Below, in pieces: positions 50,643 to 60,685 of a stretch of DNA of 64,000 bases (its first letter is position 1; the number at the start of each line of letters is the position of its first letter). The stretch lies in assembly GCA_963785725.1 (NCBI GenBank), contig CAWAWS010000039.1, forward strand, positions 1 to 64,000. The letters run 5' to 3'. The DNA is from an uncultured delta proteobacterium. Its GTDB lineage: Bacteria; Myxococcota_A; Polyangia; Palsa-1104. The notes beneath the pieces were generated by a model, which saw nothing but the letters and a program-made list of their open reading frames with translations, was not told the origin of the DNA and ran no database searches. Both the position numbers and the translations under genes were made by a program.

Positions 50643-52964
50643 ATGAGACGCCTTGAATCTGGACGCATTCGGCGCCACTATTCAAATGCCGCTGAATGGC
50701 TAAGGGAGCTGTCTACCTTCAAGGCGACCGTCTTCTGCCTTCTCGTTCCTCTGCTCTCTGTCGGCGTCGTGCTGTCTGAGTCTTCGGTCTCCGGGGCCAG
50801 CCCTGTGCTATCCATCTCGATCTCGGGCGACCACTTCGTCAACCAGAATGGACTCACCGTCCGGCTCTCGGGTGTGAATGTGCCCGGTTCCGAGTACGCC
50901 TGCGAACAGGGCTGGGGTTATGGAGGGTTGGAAGGCTCAAGCCCGGCCCAGGACGCAGAAACGGCTGCCACAATCGCTGCTTGGGACGCCGATGCGGTAC
51001 GGGTGCCGCTCAACGAGGACTGCTGGCTCGGTCTCAACGGACAGCCTTCCTTCGGCAGCCAGTCCGGATACCAACAGTCCATCGAAGACTGGGTGAACGC
51101 ACTCAACGCGGACGGCATCTACGTCATATTGGATCTGCACTGGTCAGCACCAGGGACCACGGTGGCCGACGGTCAACGCCCCATGCCCGACAACCACTCG
51201 GCAGCCTTCTGGACCTCGGTGGCCACGACCTTCAAGAGCAACTCAGCCGTGGTCTTCGACATTTTCAATGAGCCGTACTCGCCGGCTGCAGACGGATTCA
51301 CCAACTGGCCTGTGAGCTGGTCATGCTGGCTGAACGGCGGGTGCACCGTTCCGGACTCGGCTGACGGCCAGACCCCGAACCCGAGCCAGACCTACACCGC
51401 CGTGGGTATGCAAACTCTTGTGAATGCAATCCGCACCACCGGGTCGAGCCAGCCGATCATGGTGGGTGGGCTGAGTTACGCCAACGATCTCTCTGGGTGG
51501 CTGGCCAACGAGCCCACCGATCCTGACGGCCAACTCGCGGCCTCCTTCCACAACTACGACGGCGAGAGCTGCGATTCCCTCAGTTGCTGGAACAGCATCG
51601 TTGCCCCGGTCGCAGCCGAACGGCCGGTGGTGACTGGGGAGTTCGACCAGGGATACGACTGTCTTAACGGCCCGCAAAACGACGGGTTCGACAACGCCTA
51701 CATGAACTGGGCCGATCAGAACGGCGTCAGCTACCTCGCCTGGGGCTGGTGGGAACTGAACCCTGGATCTCCCACCCCTGGTTGCAGTACTTACTCCGAT
51801 GACGGCAACAGCACATACGCCCTCATCGACGGCAGTGGCAATGCCTTGGCGCCCGACGGGACGGCGCTACAAACACACCTGGCTGCGCTCTCCGGGTCGA
51901 TACCCGCCCCTGGACTGATCGGGATCAGCCCCACATCTGGGCCAGAGGCTGGTGGCACCGCGGTCGTCATTACCGGGACCAACTTCACTGGAGCCAGCAA
52001 TGTCTCGTTCGGCTCGACGTCAGCGGCTACCTTCACTGTTGACTCGGCCACCGAGATCACAGCTACGTCGCCCGTGGGCACCGGCACGGTCAACGTGACC
52101 GTCACCACTTCAGCCGGTGTCACCGACACGTCAGCGGCCGACCAGTTCACTTATATGGGGTCAAGTTGCGATCCGCCGAGCTTCACCAGCCCTGGCTCGG
52201 CCACGGCGGCCGCGGGTGTCCCCTTCACCTTCACGGTGACGACCTGTAGCACGTCGACGCCCGTCATCAAGGCGTCTCACCTCCCAGCAGGCCTTCGGCT
52301 GGTCAGTAACGACAACGGCACGGCGACGATCTCGGGGACACCCGCGGCTCACGATTCCGGCGCATACGCGGCGAACGTCACGGCTACGGTCAAGGGTCAG
52401 CCGGCTGCCACTCAGAGCTTCGTTATCACCGTGGACAACGCCCCGGTCTTCAAGTCCAAGACTCTGTACACCGCCCACGACGGGGTCTCCTTCACCTACC
52501 TGATCACCACCCAATACGCCTACCCGACACCCACGATCACCACGACTTCGACCCTTCCTACCGGGATAACCCTCACCGACAATGCCAACGGCAGTGCCAC
52601 ACTGGGGGGCACGCCAGGTCCGAACGCCGGTGGCGTCTACCGGATCACGATTACCGGTACCAACGGGATCGGGGTTCCGGTCAACCAGTCCTTTGTACTG
52701 ATCGTCTACCAGTCGCCGGTGATCGCCCCCATCGACACCACCACGATCACCAGGGGGGTGGCCATGACGCCCCTTCCGATCACGGTTACCGGGTACCCGG
52801 ACCCTAAAGTCCGAGCCTCGGGGCTGCCCCAGGGGATCACGCTGGCCTCTGGGTCCATCGCGGGAACAACCTCGGTGGCATCGGGCGCTTACACCGTGAA
52901 GATCACCGCATCAAGCACGGCTGGATCGACGACGCAGACCATCACCCTCACCGTCAACTCATAG
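50643..52964 (+). CDS. secreted GH5 glycosyl hydrolase with IPT/TIG and Ig-like domains
   Basis: VRVPLNEDCW, ILDLHW, FNEP, SFHNY, VTGEF, YLAWGW. Confidence 0.9.
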   Translation: MRRLESGRIRRHYSNAAEWLRELSTFKATVFCLLVPLLSVGVVLSESSVSGASPVLSISISGDHFVNQNGLTVRLSGVNVPGSEYACEQGWGYGGLEGSSPAQDAETAATIAAWDADAVRVPLNEDCWLGLNGQPSFGSQSGYQQSIEDWVNALNADGIYVILDLHWSAPGTTVADGQRPMPDNHSAAFWTSVATTFKSNSAVVFDIFNEPYSPAADGFTNWPVSWSCWLNGGCTVPDSADGQTPNPSQTYTAVGMQTLVNAIRTTGSSQPIMVGGLSYANDLSGWLANEPTDPDGQLAASFHNYDGESCDSLSCWNSIVAPVAAERPVVTGEFDQGYDCLNGPQNDGFDNAYMNWADQNGVSYLAWGWWELNPGSPTPGCSTYSDDGNSTYALIDGSGNALAPDGTALQTHLAALSGSIPAPGLIGISPTSGPEAGGTAVVITGTNFTGASNVSFGSTSAATFTVDSATEITATSPVGTGTVNVTVTTSAGVTDTSAADQFTYMGSSCDPPSFTSPGSATAAAGVPFTFTVTTCSTSTPVIKASHLPAGLRLVSNDNGTATISGTPAAHDSGAYAANVTATVKGQPAATQSFVITVDNAPVFKSKTLYTAHDGVSFTYLITTQYAYPTPTITTTSTLPTGITLTDNANGSATLGGTPGPNAGGVYRITITGTNGIGVPVNQSFVLIVYQSPVIAPIDTTTITRGVAMTPLPITVTGYPDPKVRASGLPQGITLASGSIAGTTSVASGAYTVKITASSTAGSTTQTITLTVNS

Positions 52965-52974
52965 GCAAGCCGAA

Positions 52975-53013
52975 GCACCCTACGCGCCACACACCCGGCA
53001 GCGAGGGTCACCC
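52975..53013 (+). repeat. cassette-boundary hairpin
   Basis: GCACCCT-A-CGCGCC...CCCGGC-A-GCGAGGGTCACCC, stem with bulged bases. Confidence 0.7.
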
Positions 53014-53037
53014 GAGCCTGCGTGGCTACGTGCCGGA

Positions 53038-54378
53038 CTAAGACTTGACGGAGAACAATCGCCAGGTTCCTGGAACACCCTTCAACCGGCAATCGCCACG
53101 GTCCTCGAAACCGATCCCCGATCCTGCGACAAGGTCAGTAACGGTGCGAGAGACGAGCACCTCACCTGCGCCCGCCATTGCGGACACGCGTGCTGCAATG
53201 TGCACGGCCATGCCTGCTACGTCCTGACCTCGAAGTTCTACCTCACCGGTATGGAGACCAGCGCGAAGATCTATGCCGATACCTTTGACCGCTGCGGCAA
53301 TGGCACGGGCGCACTCAATAGCTCTCGCGGGCCCATCGAAGGTGGCCAGGGTGCCGTCTCCGGTGGTTTTTATCAAGCGACCTCGGAAACGCTCGAGCTG
53401 GCTTTGTACCGAGTAGTCGTAGCGGTTGAGTGAGTCGCGCCACTGTCGATCACCTTGCTGTGCCAGATGTTCTGTTGATCCAACGATGTCGGTGAAGAGA
53501 ACCGTGAGCAACACTCGATCGAGGACCCGCACGGGTGTGGTGCCGGTCAGAAACCGCTGTATTTCGTCCAGGAGCTCCTCGCTTTGACCGGCGAAAGGAA
53601 GATGGTCATTCCCGGAAAGTTCGACGAGATCGGCATCGGGGATGCGACCTGCAATAGTGCGACCGTGCTCGGAGCGGACGTGGCGATCTCCTTGTCTGGT
53701 GATCACGAGTGTCGGCGCCTGGATCGCTGGCAGCACGGAGGTGACATCGCTTTCCATCACGGCGCGAGTGCTTTCCGCCAGTACGTCCGGGCTCGCCGTA
53801 AGGCGTTCGATGCGCCCCCAATGTTTTCGTGCATTCTCCGTTTGGACCATGCTCGGCGCCAAGGTCTCTGTGCACACACCGGTGCCCCAAATCTCCTCGA
53901 TGGCTGAGACGTAGGCGGGAATGAGATCCGCGCTCAGTCCCCACGGGGTTGTGTCATCACGGGCGTATCGGGCGTAGGCATTGACGAGAACGAGGCTCCT
54001 TACTCGTTCGGGGTACGTCGCCGCAAAAAACATCGTCGCTCCGGTGCTTTCTCCCCACGAAAGGAAGGCCGCGCGGTCAGTCCCAACTGCGTCCATCACA
54101 GCGCCGATGTCGTCCTTCCATGCTTGTACTGCTGGAACGGCACCGGCGTCCAGCCGACCCGAGCTGCCAAATCCCCGCGGATCAAAGGTAATGAGACGGC
54201 AGAAGGAAGCCAAACGTGAAATGAATTGGCTCACTTCCGGCTCTTCCCAAATCAGCTCAATCGCCGCGCTTCCGGTTATGGGCATCACCAAGTCGATGGG
54301 GCCATCGCCCGAGACCTGATAGGCGAGGTAGGTCCCTTCGGCGGTCCTGGTGTAGCGAGTAGTAAGCGGTTCGGTCAT
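53038..54378 (-). CDS. alpha/beta hydrolase + class III cyclase (LipJ/Rv1900c-like), intact
   Basis: LAYQVSGDGP, FDPRGFG, LFTDIVGST, GDGTLATFDGP, VHIAARV, LKGVPGTW. Confidence 0.93.
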   Translation of the reverse strand: MTEPLTTRYTRTAEGTYLAYQVSGDGPIDLVMPITGSAAIELIWEEPEVSQFISRLASFCRLITFDPRGFGSSGRLDAGAVPAVQAWKDDIGAVMDAVGTDRAAFLSWGESTGATMFFAATYPERVRSLVLVNAYARYARDDTTPWGLSADLIPAYVSAIEEIWGTGVCTETLAPSMVQTENARKHWGRIERLTASPDVLAESTRAVMESDVTSVLPAIQAPTLVITRQGDRHVRSEHGRTIAGRIPDADLVELSGNDHLPFAGQSEELLDEIQRFLTGTTPVRVLDRVLLTVLFTDIVGSTEHLAQQGDRQWRDSLNRYDYSVQSQLERFRGRLIKTTGDGTLATFDGPARAIECARAIAAAVKGIGIDLRAGLHTGEVELRGQDVAGMAVHIAARVSAMAGAGEVLVSRTVTDLVAGSGIGFEDRGDCRLKGVPGTWRLFSVKS

Positions 54379-54518
54379 TGTTCACAGTCTCTCTTGCTCC
54401 AGCTCCGAGTGCTCGAACGCGGGCCGAGTCGCAAGATTGGACCGGTGGAGACTGCGCCGACCTGCGGTTGGCCTCATGTCTTTCTCAACTGACGGGGGGC
54501 TGATCCGACCGAGGAGAT

Positions 54519-54580
54519 TGTCCCGGGCCATCGGTCACCAGCCAACTTGCCTCCCACCATCCCGCCGAACGGGGACACCC
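54519..54580 (+). repeat. cassette-boundary hairpin
   Basis: TGTCCCGG...CATCCCGCCGAACGGGGACACCC. Confidence 0.7.
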
Positions 54581-54600
54581 TAAGAAGTAGGTTGCTGGCC

Positions 54601-55302
54601 GTGGCTCTATCGACGCTGCCGAAGATTGATCGTCTGGTCCTGGCGACCGTGACCACGGTGCCAGAGTGGCACCCCGAGCACGACACGTTCGTGCCCTTTC
54701 CGGTTCATGCGTGGCTCATTCGACACCCTGACGGGGCCATCTTGGTGGACACAGGCGTCGGAGTAGGCAACGAAGCAATCAACGAGTGGTACCACCCACG
54801 AACCACTTCGCTGTTCGATGCCCTCGCTGGAATCGGTGTCGCATCCTCGGACATCTCCGCCGTGATCATCTCTCATCTGCATTTTGACCACTGTGGTCAA
54901 CAGGGGGCGGTGCCAGCTCCTGTGTACGTGCAGGCCTCCGAGTTCGAGGTAGCCCAGACGCCGGGTTACACCGTGCCGGAGTGGGCGGCTATCCCCAACG
55001 ACCGGTTGCGGCTGGTACACGGGGACCAGCTAATTGCCGAGGGAATCTCCCTATTGGCCACACCAGGCCATACCCCCGGCCATCAATCGGTGCTTCTCGA
55101 AGCGGTGGGCGAGCGTGTTGTAATCGCAGCACAGTGCGCCTTTCGGGCAACGGAACTCCGTACCGGTGAACCAGTGCCTTCGAATTGCCACGGAGGAACC
55201 TGGGAGGTTGCGGCACGGGACTCCCTCGAACGCCTCCGCGCGCTCGCACCTGTTAGGGCGCATCTGAGCCACGACCCGGAGATCGTCGAAATCGCCAGGT
55301 GA
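54601..55302 (+). CDS. metallo-beta-lactamase fold hydrolase (AHL-lactonase-like)
   Basis: LVDTG, SHLHFDHCG, TPGHTPGHQS, SHD. Confidence 0.88.
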   Translation: MALSTLPKIDRLVLATVTTVPEWHPEHDTFVPFPVHAWLIRHPDGAILVDTGVGVGNEAINEWYHPRTTSLFDALAGIGVASSDISAVIISHLHFDHCGQQGAVPAPVYVQASEFEVAQTPGYTVPEWAAIPNDRLRLVHGDQLIAEGISLLATPGHTPGHQSVLLEAVGERVVIAAQCAFRATELRTGEPVPSNCHGGTWEVAARDSLERLRALAPVRAHLSHDPEIVEIAR

Positions 55303-55356
55303 CCCGACTGCGCCAGTAGGGCTCGATACTGCCCGCCTCCCGGCGTGCTGGGCTAG
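55298..55356 (+). repeat. cassette-boundary hairpin
   Basis: GGTGACCCGACTGCGCC...CCCGGCGTGCTGGGCTAG; fills the space between two convergent stop codons. Confidence 0.75.
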
Positions 55357-55359
55357 TTG

Positions 55360-56472
55360 CTAGAGGTACTGGCCGATGGACGCCGTGGATGAAACCACAC
55401 CCTCGTGTCCCGCCCCCTGGCGCAGCGACAACAGCTCGGCCAACGTGGCCTCGACCTCTCGAGGAAGAGCCCGGTCGCCGAGCCACTTGCGGGCTTCGCT
55501 CGCAGTCAGCTTGCCGACCTCAACCTGCGCGATACAGCGACCTGGCCGGACGATGGCAGGGTGAAGCCGGGCAATGGGTTCGTTCGTCGTGAGAGCGATC
55601 AGAATTGACCTCCCCTGGCCCAGCAGACCGTCGGTCAAGTTGAGCAAACGAGCCAGACCCTGGCCGGATCGCTCCTTGGCGCCGGCCGTGATGAGCTCGT
55701 CACAGTCTTCAAGAATCAAGAGCCGTGACTTTGTTGCCTTCGGCTTCTCTTCCCGATCGTCCTCGGATTGGTCATCTTCTTCGCCCAGGGCGACATTGAG
55801 CAGGTACGCAGGGTCAGCAAACAGATGCTCTGGATCGACCACGTAGTCGAATCGGCACCAGCCTCGCCACGCGTCGGCCAACGCACGCAGCGCCGTGGTT
55901 TTACCAGTGCCCGGAGGGCCGTGGAGCAGCAGGAGCTTTCCGGACAGCAGGCCACGATTGCGTCCCATGAGGTCATCTAGAGCCCGCGCCGCGTTCTTCG
56001 TGTAGTTAGGTCGGATATCCTGCCAGGTCCGTACTTCGACCCGTCGCTCGTGGCGAACTGGGCCGTGACGCCCTTGGTGCCAAAACCCCACCGCAACCTT
56101 GGTGTGATCGATCGTTTTGGGTTCTTCGGCTCCCGCCTTCGAGGCATCGAGGATGTCTTTGGCCAACTGTTCGGATACCGCGAGCACGGTGATCCTGGCG
56201 TTTCCGTGAGCCCATCGAACGACGCTCGTAATCCAACCTGGGCCAGCCGCCAACACTGATCGGGTCCCGTCGAACATTGCGACCCGATCAGGCTCAATCC
56301 CCGGTGGCAACAGGCTGGCCCCGTCGCGGGCGCGAGACAACGTCACACTCCGTGCGTAGCGGTAGTGGCCTGAGATGTAGTGCTCGACAAAGAGCAGGTC
56401 GTTCGCATCGACAACCGAATCGGCGTCGTCGAAGGACATAACTCTTTGCGAGGTGCGTGGAATCTTGTTCAT
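55360..56472 (-). CDS. AAA ATPase with DUF5925-like N-terminus
   Basis: HGPPGTGKT, LLILEDCDEL, LLNLTDGLLGQG, RPGRC. Confidence 0.88.
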   Translation of the reverse strand: MNKIPRTSQRVMSFDDADSVVDANDLLFVEHYISGHYRYARSVTLSRARDGASLLPPGIEPDRVAMFDGTRSVLAAGPGWITSVVRWAHGNARITVLAVSEQLAKDILDASKAGAEEPKTIDHTKVAVGFWHQGRHGPVRHERRVEVRTWQDIRPNYTKNAARALDDLMGRNRGLLSGKLLLLHGPPGTGKTTALRALADAWRGWCRFDYVVDPEHLFADPAYLLNVALGEEDDQSEDDREEKPKATKSRLLILEDCDELITAGAKERSGQGLARLLNLTDGLLGQGRSILIALTTNEPIARLHPAIVRPGRCIAQVEVGKLTASEARKWLGDRALPREVEATLAELLSLRQGAGHEGVVSSTASIGQYL

Positions 56473-56677
56473 TGTGCTTGCCTCTGGACGCGATGGCGCG
56501 TCCGATCGTCGACCAAAGGCACTCGGGCCAATGGTTCTGTTCCTACGGTTCGGGGTCAGGCGTATGCGATCGACGCCGACGGCTCGCTCAACCGAAGAAC
56601 GGGCGCGACAGCATCAGTCGTAGGCACCGGACGAAGTCCGAATGAATTGGTGCGATTGACTGAGCCATAGTCGGCTC

Positions 56678-56706
56678 ACTCTGACGAAACCCAACTTGAA
56701 AGTCAA
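56678..56706 (-). promoter_or_regulatory. sigma70-type promoter upstream of a putative leader peptide
   Basis: TTGACT-N17-CAGAGT, with an ATG 10 nt downstream. Confidence 0.5.
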
Positions 56707-56750
56707 GGGGAGTTTGAGGATTTGCAGGAACCACGCACGACGGGCGGGCT

Positions 56751-56797
56751 TGCCCATAAGTGCCGAACTGCCAAACTGTCCTGGCGCAGTGGGCACC
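56751..56797 (+). repeat. cassette-boundary hairpin
   Basis: TGCCCATAAGTGCC...CCTGGCGCAGTGGGCACC. Confidence 0.75.
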
Positions 56798-56934
56798 TTG
56801 ACCTGTTCACCGGGTCGACTACGGGCAGTACCTCTTGCGCCTACTCGACATAGCCCTTCTGGGTGCCTTTCGAGATCAACGCGGACGGTCTTCGTATAGC
56901 TGCCGTCAACAGTCAGGTTGAGGCGATACCTCTT

Positions 56935-57432
56935 TCACTCATTCTCTGTGAACGTGTTTCTCACCCTTTTCGAGGTGAGGAAGTAGCAGAGGCCAACGAG
57001 ATAAGGAAGGACGTCGATCACCGTACCGACAGGGGACTTCGCTCCCATCAGGTGCCAGGAAACAACGATCGATGCCGACAAGATGTTGAAGACAATGTTG
57101 TTCGCAATCGCAGAGTGGCGTCTCTTAAACATCAAAGTGAACAAGACGACCGTGTACACAGCACCGGCGGTGTTTGTGAGCACGTAGTACAGCAGTCCAG
57201 CCAGCGGAATGAAGGTGTGCAGACCCACGATCGCCGGGTCTGAGTAGATGACGATCGCTCCCACCGTCAATCCGAGCCCGTGCACGACTAGGAATGCCAA
57301 GGCAATGACATAGAGCAGTAACCACCCGGCAATCCCTCGAGGTTCCCCGTGAAGCGAGTCGCGGGAGTGGAGGAGTGCCGGATCGCCCGTGCCGCCGTAG
57401 CGGGGTGAGCCCACATCGCCGCCGTCGGCCAT
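56935..57432 (-). CDS. DUF2569-like membrane protein
   Basis: GIAGWLLL and C-terminal YFLTSKRVRNTF. Confidence 0.8.
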   Translation of the reverse strand: MADGGDVGSPRYGGTGDPALLHSRDSLHGEPRGIAGWLLLYVIALAFLVVHGLGLTVGAIVIYSDPAIVGLHTFIPLAGLLYYVLTNTAGAVYTVVLFTLMFKRRHSAIANNIVFNILSASIVVSWHLMGAKSPVGTVIDVLPYLVGLCYFLTSKRVRNTFTENE

Positions 57433-57654
57433 GGTCACGATGTGAGCGAGAAGGGCGGCTGTTCTAACTCTTCTGCCATGCAGAGAATGGTGGCCAAGCC
57501 TGAGCACGATCACAATCGGGGATTACCCTTAAATGTCCCTGAGACCGAATTCGCTCGTCTGTGTCGCGCGGGAATTCTGATGATTTTGGAGCACGGTCGT
57601 CCGTGTCTGCACATCCTCGGAGAACCATCCTCGGCCTCCATCCTGGCCTCTGGA

Positions 57655-57708
57655 GGTACCCCGTGGCGCAAAGGGGTCACGCCCACTCCCGGCGATCAGG
57701 GATACCCC
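57655..57708 (+). repeat. cassette-boundary hairpin
   Basis: GGTACCCCGTGGCGC...CCCGGCGATCAGGGATACCCC. Confidence 0.75.
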
Positions 57709-57760
57709 GAGAGCGCCCTATCGGCACATCCCGGTCGCTCTGACCTGCCACCATGAATCC

Positions 57761-58285
57761 GTGACCGACAGCCGGTTCACCATCCGTCCGGCTCGCCCCG
57801 AGGACGCCCCACGTCTCCAACACATCGAGTTGGCCACCCAAGGCCAGTTCGCCGCCATCGGTTATGACCAGGTTGCTGCCAGCCCCCCGGACTCCATCGA
57901 GTTGCTGGTCGAGTATGCGCGGTCAGAACACTCCTGGGTAGCCGTGGTTGACAACGAGGTAGTGGGCTACATACTCGTAGGTGTCCTTGACAACGCCGCC
58001 CACATCTTTCACGTTTGCGTCCATCCCGGCCACCAGGGAATCGGGGTCGGGAAAGCACTTATTGAGAAGGTCAAGAGCTGGGCGCGTTCGGCAGGACGCC
58101 CGGCAATAACCCTGGCGACCTTCTATGAGGTGCCATGGAACGGTCCGCTCTACGAGCACCTCGGCTTCCGAGTGCTGGATGAGTCGGAACTGGGACCCGA
58201 GATGCTGGCCAGAGGGGAGCACGACGTGGCCGGAGGATTATCGCCTACGGGGCAGGTGACCATGCGGCTCGACCTCGACATCTGA
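57761..58285 (+). CDS. GNAT acetyltransferase
   Basis: VHPGHQGIGVGKAL, TFYEVPWNGPLYEHLGF. Confidence 0.92.
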   Translation: MTDSRFTIRPARPEDAPRLQHIELATQGQFAAIGYDQVAASPPDSIELLVEYARSEHSWVAVVDNEVVGYILVGVLDNAAHIFHVCVHPGHQGIGVGKALIEKVKSWARSAGRPAITLATFYEVPWNGPLYEHLGFRVLDESELGPEMLARGEHDVAGGLSPTGQVTMRLDLDI

Positions 58286-58378
58286 CCCAGGTTGGTCGGG
58301 CTGCGAGTCTGTACGAACAATCGGCATAGCCGACCGTCCGCAACTGCCGGTTACCGAGCGGGTCGACCCTTCCCCGCC

Positions 58379-58432
58379 CAGCCCGGAAGTGCCGCAGGGT
58401 GGCACGCTCCCGGCAGCGTACTGGGGGGCACC
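58379..58432 (+). repeat. cassette-boundary hairpin
   Basis: CAGCCCGGAAGTGCCGCAGGGTGGCACGCTCCCGGCAGCGTACTGGGGGGCACC; shares GTGCCGCAGGGTG with the 36073 copy. Confidence 0.75.
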
Positions 58433-58454
58433 TGGACCAAGTCGGATTCAAGCA

Positions 58455-58800
58455 TCAGCTTCGAGGAGCGACGACGATGAGGGCGGACCCGAAATCGGAC
58501 AGCGTCCATGAGATCGGGGCCACGTACGACTTGCCGCTCGTGATTCCGTTAGGGAGCGCGAAGCGGACGACGTAGCCATCTCGCACTACCACTCGAGCTT
58601 GCGTGTCACGGGCTATAGAACCGGCCGGAGGATTGCCGCTTACTCCTTCACGGCTCACAGGCGCATAGACGATGACCTCGGGCAGCAGTGGAATGGACGG
58701 AATGGTGCAGATATACGTGCCACCGTGGACAGCTTCAATCTTGGCGTTCGTCAGAAGCCCAATCGGTGGGAGTCCAGCCACCCATGCGTAGCGGGCATCA
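58455..58800 (-). CDS. hypothetical protein or gene fragment
   Basis: Open frame between two boundary-like sites; no recognisable motif. Confidence 0.3.
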
Positions 58801-58869
58801 AAGGGGTTACCCAGGAACAGGTTGTAGTTGTGGTTCACTCTATCGGTGGCACTTAGTCTGGGCACTGCC

Positions 58870-59865
58870 GTGACCACCGTCGTTGATCAGGATCTGGGCG
58901 ACCTCGAGCCCTATCGCCGCCCGCTGACCGCCTATTGCTACCGGATGCTTGGGTCCCCCCAAGACGCCGAGGATGCGGTGCAGGACACCTTCGTGCGGGC
59001 ATGGCGGGGCCTGGGGGGATTGGAGGACCGAACCGGGTTGCGCCCATGGCTGTATCGGATCGCTACGAACGTCTGCCTGGACATGGTGAAGGGTCGGGGA
59101 CGGCGCGCTCTGCCAATGGACCTCGCGCCGGCTAGCAGCGGGCGGCGATGGGAGTCTTCCCATGAGCTCGCTCTCGGCACCCCTCGCCCAGAGGCGACCT
59201 GGGTGCAGCCGATCCCCGACCACCTGGTCTCATCCCCGAACGCAGACCCGGCTGACGTCGCCGGGTTCCGAGAGTCGATCCGACTGGCGTTCATCGCCGC
59301 CCTCCAACACCTCATGCCCCGCCAGCGCGCCGTTCTGATCCTCCGTGACGTCCTGAGCTGGCGGGCTCACGAGGTGGCGACGCTGCTCGAGACCAGTGAG
59401 GACGCTGTCAACAGCACCCTGCGCCGTGCCCGGAGTGCCCTGGAGGCGGTCGACCCCGATGCCGTGCCGAGGGCGGCGACGGAGGCCGACCGTGAGCTCC
59501 TGTACCGCTACATCGAGGCATTCGAGCGCTACGACGTCGACTCGCTCGTGGCGCTGTTGCACGAAGACGCCAGTCTCAGCATGCCGCCCTACGAGCTGTG
59601 GCTCCGGGGCATCCCCGACATCCGTCGCTTCCTGGCCGCCCTGAAGGTCGAAGGCGGCCGCGACCAGGTAATCGAGGTCGCGGCCAATGGATGTCCGGCG
59701 CTGGCCGTATACCGATCTGCCGGCCCCTCCGGGGCGTTAGAACCATTCGAGATCCACGTGCTCGAGATCGCTGGCGGTCGCATTGTTGCGATTCACGCTT
59801 TTCTTGAACCGGCTCTATTTCCCGTCTTCGGACTCCCTCCGACGGCCGCACCGATCAGCGAATAG
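58870..59865 (+). CDS. ECF sigma factor with SnoaL-like domain (SigG/ECF56 type)
   Basis: YCYRMLGSPQDAEDAVQ, WLYRIATNVCLD, WVQPIPD, RESIRLAFIAALQHL, SMPP, ANGCPA. Confidence 0.92.
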   Translation: MTTVVDQDLGDLEPYRRPLTAYCYRMLGSPQDAEDAVQDTFVRAWRGLGGLEDRTGLRPWLYRIATNVCLDMVKGRGRRALPMDLAPASSGRRWESSHELALGTPRPEATWVQPIPDHLVSSPNADPADVAGFRESIRLAFIAALQHLMPRQRAVLILRDVLSWRAHEVATLLETSEDAVNSTLRRARSALEAVDPDAVPRAATEADRELLYRYIEAFERYDVDSLVALLHEDASLSMPPYELWLRGIPDIRRFLAALKVEGGRDQVIEVAANGCPALAVYRSAGPSGALEPFEIHVLEIAGGRIVAIHAFLEPALFPVFGLPPTAAPISE

Positions 59866-60052
59866 GTGATGCCCACGTAGTCGGACTCGCCGAGTTCACC
59901 GCCCAAGCCTCGATGACGGAGTTTGGGGGCCGCCGGGATGCTGTCAGAGACTTCTCGAGCCGCGACGACTTTTGTGCTCCGGCGCAGTTGTACTCAGTGG
60001 GGAGCCGCGAAGGACGCCCTTCCCCGAGAACAGACCCAAGGAGGCAACACCG

Positions 60053-60325
60053 ATGCCTGTACTCATGATTGCCGAACAACCAAACATGGACGAGGCGACC
60101 TATGCCTCGATGTTGGAGCCGCTGATGCCGTTGCTGCGTTCGACGACGGGCTTCATTTCTCATGCCGGAGGTCAGAGTCCCGCCGGCGGAATGCGCATCA
60201 TCGAGATCTGGGAGTCCGAGGCGGACCAGCAGAAGTTTTTTGACGAGAACCTGAAGGCAGATCTTCCACCTGGACTTGTACCTGACCTCACGTATTCGGA
60301 GCTACACGCCGGATTCACTCGGTAG
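60053..60325 (+). CDS. small ABM-like protein
   Basis: GFISHAG...EIWESE; RBS AAGGAGG. Confidence 0.75.
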   Translation: MPVLMIAEQPNMDEATYASMLEPLMPLLRSTTGFISHAGGQSPAGGMRIIEIWESEADQQKFFDENLKADLPPGLVPDLTYSELHAGFTR

Positions 60326-60685
60326 GCGTAGCCTCGTCGCTTCGAGCCTGTCGAGGGGCCGATCAGAGGTGGAAGGGACACGAGCGCGCATGGCGGCGAG
60401 CCCCTTCCACTTCGGACGGCTCCTGCCAACGGCCCCTCTGTCCAACCTCAGCGGGAATCAGAACCCGCACGGGACCCGTTCTGAGGCAATGTTTTGCCAA
60501 CTCGAACCTACCCCCAAGCCCACATCGTTGGAACTAGTCGATGCAAAAATTATTGGGTCGACGCCGAGGCGCTGTCAGTCGAACTCGTCGAAAGGTTCGT
60601 CCAGTTCGACCCGGGTCACGTCTTGGCGCATAACCGGCAGCGGAGGCAGTCGATCTTCAGACTTGCGGCTACAGGTTGGCGAACT

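Noticed and set aside
56684..56706. MerR/SoxR operator (TTGACTTTCAAGTT)
   Set aside because: The second half-site is not palindromic and the spacer is 17 bp, not 19.
58804..58865. Weak boundary-like pair GGTTACCCAG...CTGGGCAC (also 39945-39968)
   Set aside because: Position fits but the CCCGGCG core is missing; needs model scoring.
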